Sequence record: MT811961.1
Length of the DNA stretch: 64,000 bases
Direction: 5' to 3' (one strand)
The position numbers were made by a program, and so were the translations under genes. Positions 35,333 to 42,982 of this stretch are shown piece by piece. The notes below the pieces were generated by a model. It was not told the origin of the DNA and did not search any database. It worked only from the letters and a program-made list of their open reading frames with translations. The first letter of the stretch is position 1, and each line of letters begins with the position of its first letter.

Positions 35333-36682
35333 TTAAAATGTTTCTACCCAAGCATTCAGTACTTGACCAACACTCGCATTGAACTTGGCTTCTAGTGTAT
35401 CGTTACGACTAGACTTAAAGCTGCCGCCAAAACCAGTATTGTAGGACATGGTGTTCGTAACAAAGTAGGTGCCGTCTTCAAACAACAGATGAATACGTGC
35501 GCTCGTACTGCCATGCCAACCGCCACTAGCGGTCTTTGGACTCAGTAACAGATAATTATTGTCTACGGAGTAATAGAAAGCATCGACGATTGATTCGTCC
35601 TTGCCGCCCAGTAGTGTACCGAACGTACTGCCTTCTGTACGCCAACCGCGTAGACTACCATCGCTTGCAATACGAATCTTCAAGTCAGGCTGACCAACTG
35701 CCACACCGGCTTCCAAAGCATTGATCTCAGACACAGTCCAAGCTGCTCCCGTTTCTGGGTTTGTTGTCATGACTGTATTGAGTGACTTCGAATCACTAGT
35801 AGTGTCAGACACAAGGAAGTCATATGGTGCATGTATATTGCCATTAACCCGCACTGCGTTTTGAACAAACTTGTCGACGAAAGTCTCATCCGCAGTAGAC
35901 ACAGTAGATACGGTCACTGCTGCAATGTTGTACTGACTCATATCGATACCTGCATCAATGTCAGTATAGTCAAACATAAAGTTACCAGCACCAATAGTAG
36001 TCATACCGTCGTTGCTGAGTGATACTTCGTTAACTGTCGCAACAGCACCTTCAAGGCTATTGTCTGATGCAGCTGCCTCTGGGGCAAGTGTAGCGACACG
36101 CATGCCGATCGTAGGCTTCGCTTCCGCAATGATCATTTCGGTAAACGAGGTACCAGCTGCACTACGTAGCCCAGACTTCATATAACAGTCTAGCCCCATG
36201 TCAACAATCCATGAGTGCGTACCACTGCCTTTAGATAGACCATCTTGAAATATTTCAAAGGCACCCGTGCCGAAGTTGATTTTAACGTCAAAATCCGATT
36301 GGTTGCTTACATTAGTCAGGTTCACTGAGGCGTCACGTCCAGCAAAGTCGACAATTCTCGCTCTGCTGTTTTCTATGCGCAATTCAAAATGTCGACCTGT
36401 ACCAGCTGGTGTCGTAAATGCCCATGCCGAAGAGCCAGAAGACAAAACAAGAGAGCGGAAATGAAACCAAATATCCGAAGAGGTATTTGCAGGTGGTTCG
36501 GTTACAAACCAACCTTTACCTAGGGCATGGTTGGAAGCCTGTGAGTGTCCACGACTAAACTTCTCATCGCGAAACTGAGGATAGATTGGATTCAACACCA
36601 CACGTTGGTCATAATCTGTACTACCTACTTCGGCTTCTGTTGTAAAACCATGAGACTCATTAAAGACGAAAAGAAAACTCAT
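35333..36682 (-). CDS. Paralog 1 of the tandem family
   Basis: FTEMIIAEAKPTIGMRVATLAPEA and TNPETGAAWTVSEINALEAG. Confidence 0.7.
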   Translation of the reverse strand: MSFLFVFNESHGFTTEAEVGSTDYDQRVVLNPIYPQFRDEKFSRGHSQASNHALGKGWFVTEPPANTSSDIWFHFRSLVLSSGSSAWAFTTPAGTGRHFELRIENSRARIVDFAGRDASVNLTNVSNQSDFDVKINFGTGAFEIFQDGLSKGSGTHSWIVDMGLDCYMKSGLRSAAGTSFTEMIIAEAKPTIGMRVATLAPEAAASDNSLEGAVATVNEVSLSNDGMTTIGAGNFMFDYTDIDAGIDMSQYNIAAVTVSTVSTADETFVDKFVQNAVRVNGNIHAPYDFLVSDTTSDSKSLNTVMTTNPETGAAWTVSEINALEAGVAVGQPDLKIRIASDGSLRGWRTEGSTFGTLLGGKDESIVDAFYYSVDNNYLLLSPKTASGGWHGSTSARIHLLFEDGTYFVTNTMSYNTGFGGSFKSSRNDTLEAKFNASVGQVLNAWVETF

Positions 36683-37677
36683 TACATCAAGCCCTCCAAA
36701 GTAATGGAAATGTTAGCCAGTGTTTTGTCGGCTACGCCGTTTTGTTTTAGTGTGATCGTATCACCTGTTGTTACTGAAACGTCACCGGTCGAAACGAATG
36801 TTCCTGTAGTGTCGCCAGTAGCAAAATTGATTGTGCCGATCTGGGTTGCACCATGCAGGACAACAAGAGAGGTATCTGCCTCGGCTGCTGTGGCCGCAAC
36901 TGCAACTGAGTTAGGGAAGTTTTGCTTAAAGACAAAGTCTTGTGTAATAACTTCGATAAAGATCTCTTCATCATCATCGGTGGTGTCTTGAATAAAACAC
37001 TTGATATTAAAGAGAGTTGTTGTGTTTACTTGGAAAACCGAATCCCACTGAGTCGGATCAAATGGACCTGCCGTTTCGATCTTGTCCTTCGATACATATA
37101 CACCGTCGTTGTATGTTACGAAAACACCAGCTTCATAGGTTGCAGTATCATCAAAAGTACCAGACCAGTCTTGCATACCACCACGGTCATACGTAGCGTC
37201 TACTTGCCACTGGGCAGGATCAAATGGTGTACCTGGATCGATGTCTTCCAGCGCACGCATAACAATCACATTGTCCGGCGTTAGACGTACTGTTGCTGTG
37301 TTGGCAAAGTATCCGTTTACTTCATCATAGATGCCGCCATAAGCAGCACCGCCGTCAGCAGGCATGTGGGTTAAAGCCCAAAAGTTACGGTTGGTCAAAC
37401 TAATGTTGCTGTTGGCAGGTACGTTGGAAATACAACGGAAATAACCAAAAGCAGTGCGGATCTCAGATCCTGCCAAGTATGGGTAATCAGAGTTATGTAC
37501 TTTGCTTACCACCACAGAAGGGTCTGGATCTGGCCAACTGGAATTATCTTCCAGTGCACCAACCAAGTCAATCAGACCATTCACCGAGTCTGCGATCATG
37601 CGGCCGGTTGAGTTATCTGGATCGTCTGGTTCTTTTTTAGCCACCAAGTAACGAATTGGAAATGATGTATTCCGCAT
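36682..37677 (-). CDS. Putative virion appendage protein with CBM5/12-like repeats
   Basis: Start moved to ATG 37677 (AGGAG SD); FDDTATYEAGVFVTYNDGVYVS...FDPTQW and a second FDPAQW; first gene of the minus-strand island. Confidence 0.65.
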   Translation of the reverse strand: MRNTSFPIRYLVAKKEPDDPDNSTGRMIADSVNGLIDLVGALEDNSSWPDPDPSVVVSKVHNSDYPYLAGSEIRTAFGYFRCISNVPANSNISLTNRNFWALTHMPADGGAAYGGIYDEVNGYFANTATVRLTPDNVIVMRALEDIDPGTPFDPAQWQVDATYDRGGMQDWSGTFDDTATYEAGVFVTYNDGVYVSKDKIETAGPFDPTQWDSVFQVNTTTLFNIKCFIQDTTDDDEEIFIEVITQDFVFKQNFPNSVAVAATAAEADTSLVVLHGATQIGTINFATGDTTGTFVSTGDVSVTTGDTITLKQNGVADKTLANISITLEGLM

Positions 37678-37754
37678 GGGAGTTACTCCTGTCAATTACG
37701 TAATTAAGCTGCACTCGCAGCATAAAATTTGTTGTGATCATTTAAAACATAATC

Positions 37755-37770
37755 CTATATTACTATAGTG
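37755..37770 (+). promoter_or_regulatory. phiKZ-type early promoter motif
   Basis: CTATATTACTATAGTG in the divergent intergenic region. Confidence 0.7.
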
Positions 37771-37800
37771 ACTGAAGCCACGAAAATAAAAGGATGCAAG

Positions 37801-38589
37801 ATGTCTGAAGAAGTTAGACTACTCATCTTAGACATAGATGAAGTAGCCACAAATCACTGGACGTTTATGGAAGGCGAAACTGCCAATATAAACTCCGTCG
37901 TAATCGAGATGATCAATGATCTTTGTCATCTTTACAACCTTAAAATCTCTTTCATCAGTACATGGGCTGATCACGGGGATGGAACAAACAGCAACTCAGA
38001 AAAAGCGATGCTGCATAAGCTAGCTGATGCGATGGGTTTTCATCGTGGTTTAGTATGGCACAAATGCCCTCGTGTACCGAAGCCTACTTCTTTCCGTGGA
38101 GATCGCATGCGGAAATTGCTCACCGATCATCCAGAGATCACGGACTATGTCATTATTGACGATAGCTGTGATTATTATGAAGAGCACCAACCACGACTCG
38201 TACACATCGATTCTGTGGGTGGTTTTACTGCACGTGATTATCTTGCTGTTCGCTCACTATTTGAACCCGCTTATGGTCAGTATGTGTACAATACTGCTCA
38301 CTCTGGTATTTATACAAACAAACCAAACTGGATCTACACAAAGATGAGTGAAGAAACAAAACATCTTAAAGCAGGTGAGTCTTATCGCGAAGGCGAGATT
38401 GTTTATCTGCCTGACAGCGATTGTTTTGTTCAATTCAACTATGATGTAGAACCAGATATAACTTGTGGTAACTACGTACCAATCGTTTTGGTTGGACGCG
38501 GAGTCAACGCACGGGTACTGAAGTCGGTTGAACTCAATCAACTATTTATTACAAACTTTATCCAAAAACATGGTAACGGAGATAAGTAA
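37801..38589 (+). CDS. HAD-superfamily protein (HAD_SAK_2-like, RNA-repair-associated type)
   Basis: LILDIDEV (DxD), ISFISTW, RG..MRKLL..HPEITDYVIIDD, IDSVGGFT; start moved to ATG 37801 (AAGGA upstream). Confidence 0.75.
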   Translation: MSEEVRLLILDIDEVATNHWTFMEGETANINSVVIEMINDLCHLYNLKISFISTWADHGDGTNSNSEKAMLHKLADAMGFHRGLVWHKCPRVPKPTSFRGDRMRKLLTDHPEITDYVIIDDSCDYYEEHQPRLVHIDSVGGFTARDYLAVRSLFEPAYGQYVYNTAHSGIYTNKPNWIYTKMSEETKHLKAGESYREGEIVYLPDSDCFVQFNYDVEPDITCGNYVPIVLVGRGVNARVLKSVELNQLFITNFIQKHGNGDK

Positions 38590-39857
38590 TGGAAATGAAA
38601 GATTATATTGGCATTGGTATGGTGTTCATCATCTTTGCTGTTTTTGCTTTGGGCTACATACTTCGAAAAAGCGGCGCTAATGTAGACAAGAACCATGCAG
38701 AGATGAACAAGGCTGCACAGAAGTCTTTAGATAAGATTGAGGCTACAAAGGATGCAAACTATGCCTATATCCGCCGCGTATTAGACGAACATATTGTTAA
38801 CCTGGAACACGGTAAAGAACTGTTCATGGAACTCATCAACATCTCCGGTGTTCGAGACATGTGCCTGTCTTCGGCTTTCCAGAAGAACGAAATGTATATC
38901 TTTGAAGATGATGGCGTGTTTGTTGCGAGACTGCGCTGCGCAGAAAAAGAACACATCGGTGAGCTGTTTGCTATTCTCTTTTACCTGCATCAGTTTACAA
39001 CCATCAAGCTTTTCTTCCATAAGTCCAAAGCCTCTAACAACGATGGCTGGAATCTGGCTACGTGGGAAAAGACGATGCAAGAGATGTTATGGGAACTAGG
39101 TGATATCTGTCTTGTTGACTTTGAAAAGAAAATACAGGATAAACGGGCTTGTTCGTTCTACCATTTTGTACCAGACAACATCAAGTCTCCAGTACCTATG
39201 GAAATCCATCATGAGTTGTTTGTTCAAACTACATTACCACCGCGTTATGTGGCACATGCAATCACAATGGAATATCAAGGCACGCCATCTCCTGAAGAAA
39301 TGGCTACGTACTTTATTGCCGACTACTCTGCCAAAAAGATACACAAGCGAACCCCACTGACTATTGAAGTTGACTTCCAGCAAGACGGTGAGGTGCATGT
39401 AATCCCACTGGCAGACGGAACAAAAGACGAATACCTCATCGACGATAATGATGATGTTCGTGTTTTAATTCCATCCACAAGTGAATTTGGCGAACGTCTG
39501 AGTGCATACATGGAAGACACAGCCAGCGAATATTTTGCAGTGCCGCATCATAACACAATGCTAAGTCGTCCTATTCGTCGTCCATGGAACTCTGTGGTGT
39601 ACACACCGGCAGACAAAGATGTGTTGTTCTCTATTACCGAAGACAAGGTACTAGAGCGCTGTGTTCGTGCTGAGGAACTCCTAGACCTAAATCAACTCGT
39701 AACAGGTGTCTTACCAGACGGCAAACAATTCTACATCAAAGAAGTTGTCCCTGCCTACGTTAAGATCATGGGCGAAGAAACTAACTCCTATGCCTTTATT
39801 GGCACACTAGGTGAACAACACCCAGTAGCCGAAGTAAGAATCGCCGGCGAAGAATAG
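38589..39857 (+). CDS. Membrane-anchored hypothetical protein
   Basis: IGIGMVFIIFAVFALGYIL N-terminal TM; TAATG coupling. Confidence 0.75.
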   Translation: MEMKDYIGIGMVFIIFAVFALGYILRKSGANVDKNHAEMNKAAQKSLDKIEATKDANYAYIRRVLDEHIVNLEHGKELFMELINISGVRDMCLSSAFQKNEMYIFEDDGVFVARLRCAEKEHIGELFAILFYLHQFTTIKLFFHKSKASNNDGWNLATWEKTMQEMLWELGDICLVDFEKKIQDKRACSFYHFVPDNIKSPVPMEIHHELFVQTTLPPRYVAHAITMEYQGTPSPEEMATYFIADYSAKKIHKRTPLTIEVDFQQDGEVHVIPLADGTKDEYLIDDNDDVRVLIPSTSEFGERLSAYMEDTASEYFAVPHHNTMLSRPIRRPWNSVVYTPADKDVLFSITEDKVLERCVRAEELLDLNQLVTGVLPDGKQFYIKEVVPAYVKIMGEETNSYAFIGTLGEQHPVAEVRIAGEE

Positions 39858-39876
39858 TTTCATCGTTTCTTCATTT

Positions 39877-39892
39877 CTATATAACCAATGTG
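39877..39892 (+). promoter_or_regulatory. phiKZ-type early promoter motif (TATATAAC variant)
   Basis: CTATATAACCAATGTG. Confidence 0.7.
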
Positions 39893-39925
39893 AATATTCA
39901 CGCTAAACCAACAAAGGAGACAATT

Positions 39926-40228
39926 ATGTCTATCAACGTTAAAACTCTATCTGTACTAGCTAAAGACACTAAAGGCAACCACTTCTTCAAAATCCTAGGT
40001 AAGAAAAATGGCAAAGTTACTTTGTCTGTAGCAGCAGATAACGAACTAGGTCTAACTGACATCACAGTTGACGCGTTCAAAGAAGTGAAAGGTGCGAAAG
40101 TTGGTTCTGTTGTTACTGTAACAAAAGACGGCGACGACCTAAGCTTCTCTGTTGAAGCGCCAGAACCAAAAGCTGGTCACCAGCGCAAAACCACTACTCC
40201 AGCAGTACGTGAAACCCTAGCAATCTAA
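39926..40228 (+). CDS. Small monocistronic early protein (100 aa)
   Basis: AAGGAGA SD before ATG 39926; has its own promoter and terminator. Confidence 0.8.
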   Translation: MSINVKTLSVLAKDTKGNHFFKILGKKNGKVTLSVAADNELGLTDITVDAFKEVKGAKVGSVVTVTKDGDDLSFSVEAPEPKAGHQRKTTTPAVRETLAI

Positions 40229-40236
40229 TTGCATTC

Positions 40237-40280
40237 GCTCCTGCCCCATCTGGGGCGGGAGCTATCATTTTATTTTTTAT
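40237..40280 (+). terminator. Rho-independent terminator
   Basis: GCTCCTGCCCCA-TC-TGGGGCGGGAGC then T-rich sequence. Confidence 0.8.
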
Positions 40281-40300
40281 CCTTTTATCAGGAGCCACAC

Positions 40301-40882
40301 ATGACTACGATATATGCAGTGAACGATTGGATCGGTGCAGATATGAACCACGCACAGTACCTAAACAAACCTCGCTTCGAAGAACAAAAGTTAGCATTCT
40401 CTAAATTGGATTGCGTTATTCTGGCTATTGGCGGGTGGTCTCGTACCGCAGCCCGTGTTCATACAATAGCAACTTACTTTGAGATCATGTTGCTTGCACA
40501 ATGCTTTGGGTTTGACGATATCCTCGCAAAGGCTAAAACCAAAATCATCGACGATGCGGTAAACGACACGGTCATCGGTCTTTATAAACGAGATGGTCGC
40601 GTTATTACGTTCTGTTTTGAAGATGAACGATTCGATATTGAGTTTCGTTCTGATGGCGTTGGATATGGAACTGGATTACTTTGTGCCAAAGCAGAGTATC
40701 ACCGTCAAGCGATCTTGGATGAGTTCTGTATGGACACCATCATGGAAAAGACAGCAAGACTCGATCCACAAACTTCCGAAAGCTTTCATACTTACCATGG
40801 TGATGGTCTGACTGATTTAGAAAGCATCGAAGTTAAAAAGTTTAAAGAAATCGTTGAAGAATACCTAGGAGAGAAATTATGA
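40301..40882 (+). CDS. Possible Ntn-hydrolase (proteasome beta/HslV-like) protein
   Basis: Start at ATG 40301 (CAGGAG SD) gives MTTI...IGAD; later GVGYGTG and MEKTARLDPQTS fit the Thr-peptidase fold pattern. Confidence 0.5.
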   Translation: MTTIYAVNDWIGADMNHAQYLNKPRFEEQKLAFSKLDCVILAIGGWSRTAARVHTIATYFEIMLLAQCFGFDDILAKAKTKIIDDAVNDTVIGLYKRDGRVITFCFEDERFDIEFRSDGVGYGTGLLCAKAEYHRQAILDEFCMDTIMEKTARLDPQTSESFHTYHGDGLTDLESIEVKKFKEIVEEYLGEKL

Positions 40883-41412
40883 GTAAGGGTGCTAACTGGA
40901 TCGCGATGGTTCGCGACAAACTAATCGTTCCTGCAAAGATGCTGGCTGTTACACCAGACTGTTCACCAACTTCAAGTATGTTAAAAACAAAGTATGGTTT
41001 GGTGTTTCTACAAACCACAGGTGATCTTTCTTACTTTAACCATATGATGGCAGGTGAGTTAGAAAACATGTGTATGTCAGGTGAACATTCGCACTGGGGC
41101 TTCTGCCTTATCCGCCCAGATGGCAGTGTCATCTTCCGTGCACTGGATCGTCCTACAAAAGACGAGGTACGTGAAACTCAATACATGTTTTATCCAGATC
41201 AAGACGTAACACACCTCCTAGGCCACGGTGATCGCATAGCTGCTTTTAATGCAGTAGCAGAAGAGCCATGTCATCGTATCATCAAGATCATGCGCAACAT
41301 GTTTCCAGCCGCTGGTGATTGGCATGTGATCGATATCAAACGCAGTGCTGAAAAACTAAAAGACTGCGAACCACTACCACGTACAGTTGGCGTTATCCGC
41401 AAGCTGTCTTAA
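40879..41412 (+). CDS. Hypothetical protein (possible degenerate Ntn-fold partner)
   Basis: ATGA coupling; LLGHG...IIKIMRNMFPAAGDW loosely parallels the upstream gene. Confidence 0.65.
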   Translation: MSKGANWIAMVRDKLIVPAKMLAVTPDCSPTSSMLKTKYGLVFLQTTGDLSYFNHMMAGELENMCMSGEHSHWGFCLIRPDGSVIFRALDRPTKDEVRETQYMFYPDQDVTHLLGHGDRIAAFNAVAEEPCHRIIKIMRNMFPAAGDWHVIDIKRSAEKLKDCEPLPRTVGVIRKLS

Positions 41413-41444
41413 CGACCAACTATCCTTTTATCAGGAGCCACAAT

Positions 41445-42275
41445 ATGAACAACCTAGCACACCGCTTAATTGAAAACGTTAAGCACACCGTAGGAACTCC
41501 GATTCCTGAAGCCTTTGACCCAGCTAAGAACTTTGGTTCAAAAGAAGTTCTTCCAAAGAAACCATTGGCAGTAAAAGACAAAGATTTACAGATGCAGGTC
41601 TACCTAACTGCTCGTAATTCTTTCTGGTACTACCTAACCGAGATTGTCCGTGTTAATCGTCTTAGTAGTTCTAGTTACATTCAAGTAAACTTTGAGGTAC
41701 TTTACTTTGCAATGGCGGTTCAATTCAACCTTAACTTCTGTAGCCGTAACTTAGATGAAGACGAGCGAGAGTTTTTATTGGCTGCACGCAGTCAATGGAT
41801 GGATCTACGTGCAACAAACCAAACCGACTTTGTTTTGCATTCATCTCAAAAGGAAAAAGAAAAGGTCGCCGCTCGTCGCCGTATGATGACGGATGCTCGT
41901 CCACGTTGGCTGGATGGTGTTCATCCGTTTAATCAGACATATGATGCGATAGGTCAACAAGACCCAGCTCGTGCCGATACCATCGGTAAGGGCGTATCGA
42001 TGCAATCAATAGTCATCAACCGCGCAGATAAGGTTAAGAACTTGGACCGCACACTTCGTGACTGTGTACCTGTTTGGAAGACAGCACAAGAATATGCGAA
42101 GAAACAAAACGGCCGTAACCTAACTAACCTAATTGCCTTGTATGAATCACACAAGCAATGGAAGGTTATCAGCCGTGGCTTTGTGGTAAATGCACGCATG
42201 AGTATTGATTTACTCCGCTGGCCTGCTGATGTAATTACAGCCACATCAGAAAACGTACTGTTCACTCGTAACTAG
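41445..42275 (+). CDS. Second degenerate paralog of the jumbo-phage terminase N-terminal region
   Basis: EAFDP...ARNSFWYYLTEIVRV...QFNLNF parallels IDPHDP...CRDNPWYFFREVLRI; no Walker A. Confidence 0.5.
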   Translation: MNNLAHRLIENVKHTVGTPIPEAFDPAKNFGSKEVLPKKPLAVKDKDLQMQVYLTARNSFWYYLTEIVRVNRLSSSSYIQVNFEVLYFAMAVQFNLNFCSRNLDEDEREFLLAARSQWMDLRATNQTDFVLHSSQKEKEKVAARRRMMTDARPRWLDGVHPFNQTYDAIGQQDPARADTIGKGVSMQSIVINRADKVKNLDRTLRDCVPVWKTAQEYAKKQNGRNLTNLIALYESHKQWKVISRGFVVNARMSIDLLRWPADVITATSENVLFTRN

Positions 42276-42285
42276 GAGACTTACA

Positions 42286-42981
42286 ATGGACGTAGTAATT
42301 TGGACGCTATCTATTATTGCTTGGGTCTGTATCATTCTGGTCGGTGTCGCCAGATATGCCACCATCTACTTTATTGACATGTTCAACGGCACGCGTGACC
42401 TAATCGTTTTGCGTGGCGGTGAATACATTGTCGTTAACGACGGCTACCGTGAATTGCTCAGCAGCAAAGAGAAGCATCGTGAACGCTTCCATGGTGAGCA
42501 AGTACGTTACGGTGACGATGTGTTGTTCTGGCCAGAAGGCAACTGCATGCGTTGTTTCTGTAGCTATGAGGGCCGCGTATCTACCTATCTCTTCCCTGTG
42601 GCAGAGTACGAATATCTGGCTGTCTTATTAGAGGGCTGTGATAACCCTGGTTTTACCACAGAACGCTGGATTCGGTTGACTGACTCCATCGGCAGAACAA
42701 TCCGCAACCTGGATTCTTTCGTATCAAAACCAACCGCGCCTTTTCTTACAACTCATGAGATTTCACCACCTAACGATGACTTCGACGGTGATGCAATGTC
42801 AATGGAGTTCAACAAAGAGACTGGGAGTTTTGAAAATCTAAAAACCGTCAAAGCCGACATCCCTTGTCGGGAATGTGAATTCTCACCTGACTCGCTTATC
42901 TGGAAAGATGGCGATGTAATCCAACTCACAAAAGAACCTGATCTTAACTTAACGCACCTTGGAACAATCGGAGACTACTAA
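42286..42981 (+). CDS. Membrane-anchored hypothetical protein
   Basis: VVIWTLSIIAWVCIILVGVA TM; AGGAG SD. Confidence 0.75.
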   Translation: MDVVIWTLSIIAWVCIILVGVARYATIYFIDMFNGTRDLIVLRGGEYIVVNDGYRELLSSKEKHRERFHGEQVRYGDDVLFWPEGNCMRCFCSYEGRVSTYLFPVAEYEYLAVLLEGCDNPGFTTERWIRLTDSIGRTIRNLDSFVSKPTAPFLTTHEISPPNDDFDGDAMSMEFNKETGSFENLKTVKADIPCRECEFSPDSLIWKDGDVIQLTKEPDLNLTHLGTIGDY

Positions 42982-42982
42982 G

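Noticed and set aside
28545-36682. Diversity-generating retroelement as the source of tip variation
   Set aside because: No reverse transcriptase motifs in the window and no template/variable repeat pair differing at adenines was visible; the tips look non-homologous rather than point-diversified.
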